From Methanobacteriota archaeon (GTDB lineage: Archaea; Thermoplasmatota; E2; JACPAO01; JAHWKR01), in the NCBI GenBank assembly GCA_019347805.1, contig JAHWKR010000012.1, positions 4,473 through 68,472 of the forward strand: 64,000 nucleotides of DNA, given 5' to 3'. The notes beneath the pieces are model-generated. The model was not told the origin of the DNA. It did no database searches and was given only the letters and a program-made list of their open reading frames with translations. Both the position numbers and the translations under genes were made by a program. Shown here in pieces: positions 45,846 through 55,551 of the stretch. How positions within the stretch are numbered: position 1 is the stretch's first letter; every line of letters begins with the position of its first letter.

Positions 45846-46466
45846 ATGAAAGCCAACCAAAAATTCGTCATGGATGAAGAAGCCGTTTCGCCGGTCATCG
45901 CCGTGATCCTCATGGTCGCGATCACCGTCGTTCTGGCCGCGACCGTCTTCGTACTCGTCTCCGACCTCGGAGGCGACGTCGGTCAGAGCTCGCCCAAGCT
46001 GCAGCTCGTGCAGGACTCGACGAGCTCGGCCACGAACGTCATCATCAAGGTCAGTGACGCGACGCGGTCTGCCGCGCTCGTTGATTACCAAATCATTCAC
46101 ACGACGCCCGACGATGGTATCGTCGTCTACAGTATCACGACGGACGATAATTTCAAGCTCGACGGAACACACAAGGAGACGCTCTACTCGGCAGATTTGA
46201 CGGGTAAAGCCGATGGTGACCGAACGGGGAGCCAAGCGGCGGACCCCGGCGCTGGTCCGACCCTCCCACCGGTCGCCTACAAGCTCACGTTCATGGACGT
46301 CAACGACGATGACCAGTGGAACGTTCTCGACACGTTGACCCTCAAGTGGGACGGCGCCACCGACAGTGCGGCCTACGACGACGCTCTCCCGAAGGGCAAC
46401 CACAAGCTCGAGTTCCGCCACGTGCCGACCGGCTCCATCTCCGGGACCCTGTCGATCAACGCCTAG
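45846..46466 (+). CDS. Archaeal type IV pilin
   Basis: Class III signal EEA/VSPVIAVILMVAITVVLAATVFV. Confidence 0.9.
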   Translation: MKANQKFVMDEEAVSPVIAVILMVAITVVLAATVFVLVSDLGGDVGQSSPKLQLVQDSTSSATNVIIKVSDATRSAALVDYQIIHTTPDDGIVVYSITTDDNFKLDGTHKETLYSADLTGKADGDRTGSQAADPGAGPTLPPVAYKLTFMDVNDDDQWNVLDTLTLKWDGATDSAAYDDALPKGNHKLEFRHVPTGSISGTLSINA

Positions 46467-46514
46467 GTCGACGATCGGGCTGAACCCCGCGACGACACAG
46501 GTGTCCGTTACGGG

Positions 46515-46590
46515 CCCCTCTCTTTCCTTCTTCTCCACTTTCTTCTCTCTTCGCTCTTGTTCTCGTTTTTGTGTCCCTGTCTTTCTGCCA
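46515..46590 (+). terminator. Long pyrimidine tract between the pilin genes
   Basis: ctctctttccttcttctccactttcttctctcttcgctcttgttctcgtttttg. Confidence 0.45.
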
Positions 46591-46662
46591 CTGGGCCTTC
46601 GGCCACCGCCCTTCTGGGCATCGGTATAAGAAGGGGGGCGACCAAAGTCGTCTCGTTCAGCC

Positions 46663-47295
46663 ATGCCGTCACCGAGAGCGACATGCAGGGGGCGTTTCGC
46701 AAAGGCTGACGATGCTGTCTCGCCGGTCATCGCCACTGTTCTCATGGTGGCGATCACGGTGGTCATCGCGGGAACCGTTTTCTTCCTTGTCTCCGATATC
46801 GGCGAGGACGTCGACGCGAACCCTCCGAAGATGCAATTGATCAGTGATTCTTCAACGCGGTCCAACAAATGGGTGCTGAAGGTGTCGGCAGCGGTGCCCG
46901 CCGCTCCCATCATCGATTTCCAGATCATCCATTCCACGCCCGACAGAGGAATCGTGGTCTATGATATCCCGTCTGATGCTGCTTTCAAGGGGAACACGCA
47001 CAAAGAGACCCTCTACTCTGTCGATCTCGCAGGGGTGACGCTGGATACAAGGTCGGGGAGCCAGACCACAGACCCCGGCGCAGGACCGACGGTCGCGGCC
47101 ATCGCGTATCGCGTCGGCTTCATGGACGTCAACGATGACGATGTCTTCAACAGTATCGACACCTTCACCATCGAGGTGGATACCGACGCGACCGCGGCCG
47201 CGTACGATGACAGGTTCCCGAAGGGCAACCACAAGATCGAGCTGCGCCACATCCCGACGGCTGCCAGTGCAGGGTCGATCACCGGGACTTTCTGA
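46663..47295 (+). CDS. Archaeal type IV pilin, paralog of upstream gene
   Basis: DDA/VSPVIATVLMVAITVVIAG; shares QIIH.TPD.GIVVY, HKETLYS, DPGAGPT, FMDVNDDD, PKGNHK; own TATA (GGTATAAG about 46623). Confidence 0.9.
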   Translation: MPSPRATCRGRFAKADDAVSPVIATVLMVAITVVIAGTVFFLVSDIGEDVDANPPKMQLISDSSTRSNKWVLKVSAAVPAAPIIDFQIIHSTPDRGIVVYDIPSDAAFKGNTHKETLYSVDLAGVTLDTRSGSQTTDPGAGPTVAAIAYRVGFMDVNDDDVFNSIDTFTIEVDTDATAAAYDDRFPKGNHKIELRHIPTAASAGSITGTF

Positions 47296-47420
47296 AGCAT
47301 CAGGAAGGGATCGCCACTTCGGACGGCCTTTCCGACCTCCGTTCCCGCGTCCCATCGTCCTTCTACCCCGCTCCCATCCACGACACCCTTAAAGCGCCCT
47401 TCGGGACAGACCCAGGGAAG

Positions 47421-49220
47421 ATGAGCGTGTCGACCGACCGTGCCCTCCCAGGGCGCTGGACCGCGCGACTTCTGACCTTCGCTGTGATCGCGGCCCTCGT
47501 GAGCGTGCCGACCGTCCAGGCCGGTACGAACGATTGGATGTCGTTCCAGAAGGACACGCTCCATCTCGCCAAGGCGGACGGGGCTGATCTCGAGACGCCG
47601 CTCAAACTCGGGTGGCGCAAAGCCCTGGAAGGCGAGATCCGGGCGAGCCCGGTCATCTCGGGCGACACGCTCTACATCGGGACCATGGACGGCATGTTCT
47701 ATGCCCTCGACAAGGATTCGTCCCGCACCCGCTGGTCCTTCGACGCCGGCGCTCCCATCCGTGGGACGGCGACCATCGAGAGCGACCGCATCTATTTCGC
47801 GACCTTCGACATCTCGTCTACGCCTTCGAAGGGCCAGCTTTATGTCCTGCAGCGCAAGGACGGCAGCATCATCGCCCAGAAGGAGCTCGATGGCGCTTCT
47901 TGGGGCGGTCCGGTCGTGCAGGCGGGCAAGGTGTTCGTCGGTACGGAATCAGGATCGCTCATCGCTTACGAGACGGAGGGTTTCTCGCAACTTTGGACCT
48001 TCTCGACGTCACAGTTCGGCATCGCCAAGGGCGAGGTGCGGACGGTGCCGATGCTCTATGAGAACAAGGTCTATTTCGGTTCCTTCAACCATTTCTTCTT
48101 CGCCGTGGACGCGGGCGGCAAGGCCGGTACCACGACCACGACGGTGAGTTGGATGGACAAGGTCGGCGACATCGTCTATTCGAGCGGCGTCATCGACCCG
48201 AACACGATGGGCGGGACCGCGTTCCTCGGGAGCTATGACGGTCAACTCTACGCCTTCGCGAGCGGTGCCAAGTCGAACACGACCGGTTGTCCGCACCAGG
48301 ACGGCCGCAAGGACCATCCGGCGAACGCTCCGTGCTCGGCGGCGATCCGCTATCGCTATGACGCCGGGGCGAGCATCGCGGTCGCGCCGACGGTGGCGAA
48401 CGACCGCGTCTTCTTTGGTGACCTCGACGGCAAGTTCCATTCCATCCAGGCACGCTACGGCAGGACCAATTGGATCCACGACGTCGGCGCGCCGATCCGT
48501 TCCTCCCCCGCGGTGGTGAACCACACCATCGTCTTCGGTGCCGATGACGGCAAGCTCCATGTCCTCAAGGAGGCCCCGAACGGGCTGACCCTCGTGTCGA
48601 CCTCCACGTTCGACCTCGGCGGCAAGGTCCATTCCAGTCCCGCCATCTCGGCCGGCACGGTCTATATCGCCACCCAGGACGGCGTGCTCTACGCGGTCCT
48701 GGACGCCAAAAAGGCGCCTCCGGAGGTCAAGCCGGACCCGAAACCGGACCTCATGGTGGACAAGGTGGTCTCCGAGCCGGACCCGCCGGTCGCCGGCGAT
48801 CCGCTCAAGCTCAATGTCACCTACAAGAACCTCGGAGAGGCACGCGCCGGCACCGTGACGCTTCGCCTCTACGCGGACGATGTCCTCGTGGACGAGACCA
48901 ACGTCACCATGACCGCGCTCTCGACCATGACCCATGTCTTCGAGGTGGCCTCCTTCCCGGGCGAGGCGACCTATCGCATCGTCATCGACGAAGGCGGCTT
49001 CCTGGACGACGCCGACAGCTCGAACCACGACCTCGAAGTGACGCTCGCGGACCCGTTCGGCGCGACCGTGGGTGGAGGCTCCGGTCAGGACGACCAGGCG
49101 CCGACGGTGAACGACGCGTCGTCCGAGAAGAAGGAGGACGAGGACATCCCGGCGCCCGGCGTCGTGACGATCCTCGGCGTCCTCGCCGCCGCGCTCGTCG
49201 CCCTGCGCCGCCGCCGCTGA
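47421..49220 (+). CDS. Secreted PQQ-like beta-propeller + CARDB/Ig domain with C-terminal sorting signal
   Basis: Signal peptide; repeated SP.V..G.VY.GS.DG..YA..W units; PDLMV CARDB; PAPG-TM-RRRR C-terminus. Confidence 0.88.
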   Translation: MSVSTDRALPGRWTARLLTFAVIAALVSVPTVQAGTNDWMSFQKDTLHLAKADGADLETPLKLGWRKALEGEIRASPVISGDTLYIGTMDGMFYALDKDSSRTRWSFDAGAPIRGTATIESDRIYFATFDISSTPSKGQLYVLQRKDGSIIAQKELDGASWGGPVVQAGKVFVGTESGSLIAYETEGFSQLWTFSTSQFGIAKGEVRTVPMLYENKVYFGSFNHFFFAVDAGGKAGTTTTTVSWMDKVGDIVYSSGVIDPNTMGGTAFLGSYDGQLYAFASGAKSNTTGCPHQDGRKDHPANAPCSAAIRYRYDAGASIAVAPTVANDRVFFGDLDGKFHSIQARYGRTNWIHDVGAPIRSSPAVVNHTIVFGADDGKLHVLKEAPNGLTLVSTSTFDLGGKVHSSPAISAGTVYIATQDGVLYAVLDAKKAPPEVKPDPKPDLMVDKVVSEPDPPVAGDPLKLNVTYKNLGEARAGTVTLRLYADDVLVDETNVTMTALSTMTHVFEVASFPGEATYRIVIDEGGFLDDADSSNHDLEVTLADPFGATVGGGSGQDDQAPTVNDASSEKKEDEDIPAPGVVTILGVLAAALVALRRRR

Positions 49221-49298
49221 ACGGCCATCCACGCCCTTGCGGCAAGTGCGGCCGGGCGCGACCAAAAGACCAAAGGCGAGGATGCAGAATCGCCACCC

Positions 49299-51461
49299 GT
49301 GTCCAGCCCAGCCTCCGGTCGGAAAGGGATCCACCGGATCGCCCTGATGCTCGTCGCTCTCCTGTTCCTGGTGACGGCAGCGAGTCCTGCCCTGGCAGCG
49401 GAACGACAGGTCGAGACCGACACGAGCACGATCACGACGCGCACGGTGGTCGTCCCCGCACCGGCCGTGGCGGAACTTCCGGATGGCACGCTGCGTGGCG
49501 TGACGTCCGTGCTCGAGGTGACGGTCCGCAACGGCACGGGGGACGTCTTCATGGACACGCGTCCTCTCGCCCAGCTCGATATGCAGGGTTCGGCGCGCCT
49601 TGCAGCGGCCACAGCCGCCTCCATCGCGGGTGTCCCGTTCGACCAGCACGACCATTTCGTCACGATGCGCGCGGCCGCCCCCATCGTCGGCGGGCCGAGC
49701 GCGGGCGGCACGATGGCGGTGGCCTTCACTGCGCTCCTTGCAGGGTGGCCCCTACGGGACGACGTCCTCATGACCGGGATGATCAACCCGGACGGTACCA
49801 TCGGACCGGTCGGCGGCATCCTGGAGAAGGCCGAGGCGGCGCACGAGGCAGGCGCCTCCCTCTTCCTCGTCCCCGAAGGGCAGGCGATCGTCGTCCGGCA
49901 AGTGCATGAGGTCCACGAGGAGGGGGGGTTCCAGGAGGTGCGGACACGCCAGGAGGAGGTCGACGTCAGGCAGTACGCCGCCGACAAGTGGGACCTCGAG
50001 GTGCGGGAGGTGGCGGACGTGCAGGCTGCCGTGGAGAACTTCACCGGTGTGCGCATCGTGCGCGAGACGCCGAAGGGGGACCTCGACCATCCGCTTTTCG
50101 AGGAAGTGATGGGGGAAGCGAGCCGCGACCAATTGAGGGACGCCCGCGCGGAACTGGCGCGTGTCGAGACGGAACTCGATGCGGCAGGTCTTGCCGAGGC
50201 GGGACGCCCCCAGACGGAGGAGTCGCTGAGGGGACTCCTGGACCGGGTGCGCACACGTCTCGATCGCGCCGACGCCGCCGTGGGGGAGAAGGGCTTCTAC
50301 ACCGCGTCGAGCCTGGTCTTCCAGTCGCGCATCGACCTGCGCAAGGCGGACATCGTCCTGCGGGCGTTCGCGGCCGACGACCAGTCGACGTTCCTCATCG
50401 GGTTCAGGGACACCCTTGAGGCGGAGTTGGAAGAGGCAAGGAAGGAAGCGGCGGACACCACACCGCAAACGGTGACCGGCCTTGAGGCGGTGGGCGCCGC
50501 CCAGGTGCGGGTCATGGAGGCGAAAGACCTCCTGGCGGCGGCCGACGGCGCGCTCGAAGCAGGCGACGTCCCGGACGCCATCGACCGTTTGGCGTTCGCC
50601 GAGGAGCGGCGGCGTTCCGTCGTCTGGTGGTTGGGCCTCGCTGAGGAACTGGACGAGATCGGCGCGGGCGCCACCCTTGAAGCGCCACCGGATCGGCTTG
50701 CGCGCGACACGCTCACGGCGGCGCTCCAGGCGGTCGGATACGCGGAGGTGCTGATCGGCCAGACCGGCGCGGGGACGCTTTCCTCGGCGCTCCTTGCCGA
50801 GGCGGGGCAGGATCTCGAGAGCGCGCTCGAGGCGGGTCGTCTTGGCCTCCAGGTGGGTTCGATGTATCTCTCCTTGGAGGCCCAGGTGGGGGCCCACGCG
50901 GCGCTCTCGCTGGTCGGCAGTGACGCGCTTCTTGCGGACCGCGTCGAACGCTCACGGGACCGGGCGCTCCTCGAGATCGAGCGCAGCCGCGGTGCCGGGG
51001 TCGAACCGGTGCTCGCCGTCTCCTATGTCGATTTCGCGTCGAGCCTTGTCGACTCCTCCCCCGTCGACGCTCTTGTCCTCTACGGCTTCGCGGCGACAGT
51101 GGCGCGCACGAGCACCCTCCTCACCGGTGTCGGGCCGTGCGGCCTGAGCGGCGATTGCGGTGCACAGGTGGTCTTGCCGGAGAATGAGCCGGAGCCGCTC
51201 TGGTCAGGCCCTGAGGCCGCGGTCGTGGCGGTGGGGATGATCGCTTTCGTCGGTGGCGCGACGGCCGGCGTGCTGGCGGTGCGCGGTCGCGACGCGGATC
51301 GCACCACGCAACACGACAGCCACAGCGCCACCGGCCCGGTCGTCCGCCCGCTCCGGCCCCGCCGCATGGTGGCCCTCCCGGAGGGTCGCCACCACAACGG
51401 AGCGGCCACCCAGCGGACACATCAAGGCGCCATACTCGCGGGCCGTCGGGCGCGACCATAA
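49299..51461 (+). CDS. Secreted/membrane-anchored Lon-like (S16) Ser-Lys protease
   Basis: Signal peptide, GDVFMDTRPL, VGGPSAG, TGMINPDGTIGPVGGILEK, long helical region, C-terminal TM. Confidence 0.88.
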   Translation: MSSPASGRKGIHRIALMLVALLFLVTAASPALAAERQVETDTSTITTRTVVVPAPAVAELPDGTLRGVTSVLEVTVRNGTGDVFMDTRPLAQLDMQGSARLAAATAASIAGVPFDQHDHFVTMRAAAPIVGGPSAGGTMAVAFTALLAGWPLRDDVLMTGMINPDGTIGPVGGILEKAEAAHEAGASLFLVPEGQAIVVRQVHEVHEEGGFQEVRTRQEEVDVRQYAADKWDLEVREVADVQAAVENFTGVRIVRETPKGDLDHPLFEEVMGEASRDQLRDARAELARVETELDAAGLAEAGRPQTEESLRGLLDRVRTRLDRADAAVGEKGFYTASSLVFQSRIDLRKADIVLRAFAADDQSTFLIGFRDTLEAELEEARKEAADTTPQTVTGLEAVGAAQVRVMEAKDLLAAADGALEAGDVPDAIDRLAFAEERRRSVVWWLGLAEELDEIGAGATLEAPPDRLARDTLTAALQAVGYAEVLIGQTGAGTLSSALLAEAGQDLESALEAGRLGLQVGSMYLSLEAQVGAHAALSLVGSDALLADRVERSRDRALLEIERSRGAGVEPVLAVSYVDFASSLVDSSPVDALVLYGFAATVARTSTLLTGVGPCGLSGDCGAQVVLPENEPEPLWSGPEAAVVAVGMIAFVGGATAGVLAVRGRDADRTTQHDSHSATGPVVRPLRPRRMVALPEGRHHNGAATQRTHQGAILAGRRARP

Positions 51462-51493
51462 CCGTCTTGTCCGGAGCCCTCCTGGTGGGGGTG

Positions 51494-52168
51494 ATGGCGC
51501 GACGGGTCGCTCCCGATGAGGACAAGAGCGACCTGGAGGACCGGCCTCATGACCCGTTCGACCGGGTCGAGGAGCGCACCGAGGTGGTGTGGGACAAGGC
51601 GGTCGACCGCTTCGCCCATGTCGCCCGGCTGGAAGGCCACGAGGCGTGGGCCCGTTTCCTTCTGCCGCTCGTCGCCATCGCGCTCGGGGCGCTCTTTTTG
51701 ATCCTGTTCCATCCGCAGGACCCGCTCCGGATGTGGACCTTCATAACGGTCTATTTCGCGCCGGGGGGCATCGAGTTCGGCATCCCGGCGGGCCTGGCGT
51801 TGGGCCTTGACCCGCTCTGGATGGTGGCCGTCGTCCTCTATGTCGACCTGTTCGGGCCGCTCTGGTTGGTGTGGAACCTCGACCTCGTCTATCGGGTGCC
51901 CAAGGTGGGCAAGTGGTTCCTGAAACTCGAGACGAAAGCCGAGCGGAGTTGGTCGAAGCGGCGGCGCTTGCGCGACCTTGGCGTCGTCGGGTTGGGCATC
52001 TATGTCATGTTGCCGATCAGCGCGAGCGGTGTGATCCCGAGCGTCATCCTGGGCCGCATCCTCGGCTTCCCGAAGGGCTTGGTGTGGCTCGCGGTCTTCG
52101 TCGGGAGCGCGGTGCGCGTCATCCTCTACGCATTCCTGGCGGAGCAGATCTTCGACCGGTTCTTCTGA
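51494..52168 (+). CDS. Small multi-drug export family membrane protein
   Basis: EFGIPAGLALG, GLGIYVMLPISASG pattern; about 5 TMs. Confidence 0.7.
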   Translation: MARRVAPDEDKSDLEDRPHDPFDRVEERTEVVWDKAVDRFAHVARLEGHEAWARFLLPLVAIALGALFLILFHPQDPLRMWTFITVYFAPGGIEFGIPAGLALGLDPLWMVAVVLYVDLFGPLWLVWNLDLVYRVPKVGKWFLKLETKAERSWSKRRRLRDLGVVGLGIYVMLPISASGVIPSVILGRILGFPKGLVWLAVFVGSAVRVILYAFLAEQIFDRFF

Positions 52169-53545
52169 CTACCAGCCGAAGAGGTCGATGCTGGCGAAGT
52201 ACTGGTCGACGATCTCCACCTTGATGGCGAGCACCAGGAGCACGATGAGGATGATGGGTACCACGGTGCGCGTCATGGCGATCGTGATCCGCCCGACGCC
52301 GCGGATGCCGCCGCGGTCCAGTTCGTCGATGGCGTCCTTCATCACGTAGCCCACGAAGATCGAGATGAGGAGCGCCCCCAGGATGAGGATGGCGTCGGTC
52401 CAGCTGCCGGACATGAAGCCCATGATCTCGCCGTCGACGGCGGCGATGATGCCGCCCGAGTAGGCGATGAGGCCCATGAGGAGGGCGGCCTTCTTGCGCG
52501 GGACGTTCCACTGGTCGACGACGAACGACACCGAGACCTCGAGGAGGCTGATGGCGCTCGTGAAGGCGGCGAAAAAGAGCGAGACGAAGAAGGCGGTGCC
52601 GACGAAGTAGCCGGCGATGCCCATGTTGCTGAAGGCGTTGGCGAGCCCGATGAAGAGGGCCCCGGCGCCGCCCTGTGCGTTCTCGCCGGTGAGCAGACCG
52701 AAGGCGGCGAGGGCAGGGAGCACCATGAGGCCACCAAGGATGGCGACCCCCGTGTCGGCGATGCTGATGATGGTGCCGTTCGTGGTCAGGCTCTCCTTCT
52801 TGTCCAGGTAGGACGCGTAGGTGAGGATGGCGCCTTGTCCAAGGCTGAGCGAGAAAAGCGCTTGTCCGGCGGCGGAGCGTACCGTGCTGCCGTCGACCTC
52901 GCTGAAGTCGGGGGCGAACATGAACGAATAGCCTTCACCGGAACCGGAGAGGAAACCGACATAGACCGCGATGAAGACCGCGAGGGTGAAGAGGATCGGC
53001 ATCATGATCGTGGCGACGCGTTCGATGCCTTTCGAGACGCCGATGGCGAGCGCAGAGGCGGTCAACACCATGACGACGATGTGGTAGCCGAGCGCGTCCA
53101 TCCCCGTCTGCACGTCGGTGAAATAGCCCGCGGGGTCGTCGAAATAGCTGCCCACGACGGATCCGAAGGCGTAGCGCATCACCCAGCCGGCGATGACGCT
53201 GTACCAGGAGATGATGAAGAGCGAGACGCCGACGAAGAGGACGCCGGCACCGACCCAGAGGCGGTTGCCTTCGGTCAGCTTGCGGAACGAGCCGATCGGG
53301 TTGAGCCGCGCCTTGCGGCCGATGGCGAGCTCCGCGAACATGATGGGCAGGCCGATGAGGAGCAGGAGGACGAGGTAGATGAAGATGAAAGCCGCACCGC
53401 CGCCTTCGGCCGCGCTGAACGGGAAGCGCCAGATGTTTCCGAGGCCGACGGCGGAACCGACCGCCGCGAGGATGAAACCGGTCCGGCTGGACCAGGCACC
53501 GCGCTCGCCTTCAGGTGTCCCCATCGCCGCTTGTGTCTTCACCAT
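52169..53545 (-). CDS. Sodium-dependent transporter (NSS/SNF family)
   Basis: WSSRTGFILAAVGSAVGLGNIWRFP, GIER, QALFSLSLG, AAFTSAISLLE. Confidence 0.95.
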   Translation of the reverse strand: MVKTQAAMGTPEGERGAWSSRTGFILAAVGSAVGLGNIWRFPFSAAEGGGAAFIFIYLVLLLLIGLPIMFAELAIGRKARLNPIGSFRKLTEGNRLWVGAGVLFVGVSLFIISWYSVIAGWVMRYAFGSVVGSYFDDPAGYFTDVQTGMDALGYHIVVMVLTASALAIGVSKGIERVATIMMPILFTLAVFIAVYVGFLSGSGEGYSFMFAPDFSEVDGSTVRSAAGQALFSLSLGQGAILTYASYLDKKESLTTNGTIISIADTGVAILGGLMVLPALAAFGLLTGENAQGGAGALFIGLANAFSNMGIAGYFVGTAFFVSLFFAAFTSAISLLEVSVSFVVDQWNVPRKKAALLMGLIAYSGGIIAAVDGEIMGFMSGSWTDAILILGALLISIFVGYVMKDAIDELDRGGIRGVGRITIAMTRTVVPIILIVLLVLAIKVEIVDQYFASIDLFGW

Positions 53546-53556
53546 TCAGATCACTC

Positions 53557-54195
53557 CTATGCCGCACCTGAGATGGGACCGGTCTCGAGCCGGGCCTGGC
53601 CGTGATAGTGGGTCGCGGTGCCGCTCACGCTGATGGCGAAGGTCTCTTCGTTGGGGACCGTTCCCGGGTTGGAGATCTGGACGGTGACGCGCCAGATGCC
53701 GGTCGCGGTCCGGTTCGTGAACTCGCCAGCGGCCCACGTCTCGGCCTCTTCGGCGGTCAGATTGCGTGTGTCGACGGAGTCCGGGAGTCCGGCGAGGTAT
53801 TGCTGCGCGATGTCGAAGTCCACGCTTTTTGCGCCCGATTCGGTCGAGGCCCATGTGATCGTCTTGCGGCCCACTTCCGACCCGGCGGGGTCCTTGACGA
53901 TGATAACGGCATTGGCGGGATTGGCGCGGACAGGCGGGCTGTTGCTCGGGCTCATCGTGACGGTGAGCTCCAGTGCGGTCACGTTGGGCATGGGCACCGG
54001 GACGTCGACCGTATCGGAGATGGTGCTCCCCGAGACGCTCCCGCTTTCTTCGGACGCGACATCGTGCTCCTCTTCTGTGAAGGTGACGACGAAGTCCTTG
54101 GGACTCGCGGGGGGATCGTACAGGAAGGCACCCGCGGCGCTCCCGACGACGGCGATGACGGCGAAAACGATGATGAGCGTGTCGACGGTCTCCAT
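53557..54195 (-). CDS. N-terminally anchored extracellular beta-sandwich protein
   Basis: Single N-terminal TM; 11 nt upstream of the NSS gene; TATA CCTTAT about 25 nt upstream. Confidence 0.7.
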   Translation of the reverse strand: METVDTLIIVFAVIAVVGSAAGAFLYDPPASPKDFVVTFTEEEHDVASEESGSVSGSTISDTVDVPVPMPNVTALELTVTMSPSNSPPVRANPANAVIIVKDPAGSEVGRKTITWASTESGAKSVDFDIAQQYLAGLPDSVDTRNLTAEEAETWAAGEFTNRTATGIWRVTVQISNPGTVPNEETFAISVSGTATHYHGQARLETGPISGAA

Positions 54196-54365
54196 GAGCA
54201 GGCCACCTATCAGGGATAAGGCGAGGCCGTCGAGCGGGTGCTCTTTTTTATGGTTTGTGAATCCCGGGCGGGCATGTCAGGGTCCCGAAAAACGGGTCGA
54301 ACGACAAAACCGGGCACCTTGGGGGACGACCGCTCGCGTAAGCCACATCCGGACCTTCGTCGGGC

Positions 54366-55028
54366 TCAGGAGGCGACCATCGGCGTCTCGAGCTCGTCGT
54401 CGTCCTCGTCGCTGTCGTCCCCGGCGCGCACGGCGAGCCAGATGCCGGCCAGGAGGAGGGTCGCCACCACCGGGGCGGTGCCGACGGGACGCGCCAGGAG
54501 GGCGACGGCGACGGTGGCGAGGAGGATGACGCTGACGATGGCCCAGCGTCGGGCGCGCACCTTCGGCATCCGCATCTCTCCGGTCTCGGCGGCATGCTTG
54601 AGGGCTTGGCGGAAGGCGAGGAGGGCGACGAACCATTGCGCAAGGAGAAGGGGGAGTCCGAAAGCGGCGGCGAGGGCGGTGGCGACATAAGGCCCTGGTG
54701 TGTTGCCGCTGAAATAGAGGAGGACCACGGCGCCGGCGAACCAGAGCGCCTGGACGCCGAACAGGAGCAGGTCGGTGTCGCGTTGGCTGCGCGAGCGGGA
54801 CAACACCTCCATGGCGAGCAGCCAGAAGGCGAGCGGCAGGAGGAAGGCGGCCATCCAGGCCACCGCTTCGCTGTCGGCCCAGCCGAAGCTGTCGACGACA
54901 CCCCGCATCATGGCATAGACCGACAGGAGGAGGAGGGCGCCCGCTCCGAACGGGTGCGTCCGCGACAGGTCGATGCCGGCGATGCCGGCGAAGAGCGCCA
55001 CGAGCATGAGCCCCTCCGCCGCGAACAT
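54366..55028 (-). CDS. Stand-alone ~7-TM membrane protein with acidic tail
   Basis: Seven hydrophobic segments by eye; C-terminal DDSDEDDDE. Confidence 0.7.
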   Translation of the reverse strand: MFAAEGLMLVALFAGIAGIDLSRTHPFGAGALLLLSVYAMMRGVVDSFGWADSEAVAWMAAFLLPLAFWLLAMEVLSRSRSQRDTDLLLFGVQALWFAGAVVLLYFSGNTPGPYVATALAAAFGLPLLLAQWFVALLAFRQALKHAAETGEMRMPKVRARRWAIVSVILLATVAVALLARPVGTAPVVATLLLAGIWLAVRAGDDSDEDDDELETPMVAS

Positions 55029-55138
55029 ATGTCAACAGCTCTCTCTCAAGGCCAGAAAAGGTTTGCTGGGCCGGGCGGAGGGAAAACAGGCCCCGGCCCC
55101 CCCGGTTTTTATCAACCTGCCAGTCTTGCGGCCACTCT

Positions 55139-55504
55139 ATGGTCGAGCCGTCGGAATCCGCGCGCCGCATCGAATCGACGTTCAGCCGCTTCGGCGTGAG
55201 CATGGACGGGAAGCTCGAACAGGCGGATATCCTCATCCAGAAGAAGGCCCTTGGCATGGCCATCCCTCCGTTCGTCGAGAAGGTCCGCGCCGAACTGGAC
55301 CAGGCGGATCTCCCCGCTTCCACGGGTCGGATGCTGAAACTGCGCCTCAAACACCTGGAGGACGCGGCCTCGGGTCTCGCCGCCTTGCCACCGGCGGACC
55401 GTTTCGAGGACGACGAGTTGGCGATCTTCGCTTCCCTGATCGACATCGTGGTCACCCTGCTCGGATTGTCCTTGGAAAAAGAGTACCGCGCCCAGTTGCC
55501 GTAG
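55139..55504 (+). CDS. Hypothetical helical protein
   Basis: 121 aa, host-like codons, TATA GGTTTTTATC about 30 nt upstream. Confidence 0.7.
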   Translation: MVEPSESARRIESTFSRFGVSMDGKLEQADILIQKKALGMAIPPFVEKVRAELDQADLPASTGRMLKLRLKHLEDAASGLAALPPADRFEDDELAIFASLIDIVVTLLGLSLEKEYRAQLP

Positions 55505-55551
55505 ACACGGGGCCCGCTCCCCTTATGGACAAGGGGCGCGTCCCGAGGGCG

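Noticed and set aside
54366-55028. Possible microbial rhodopsin (7 TM)
   Set aside because: No retinal-binding Lys in helix 7 and no RYxDW-type helix C motif.
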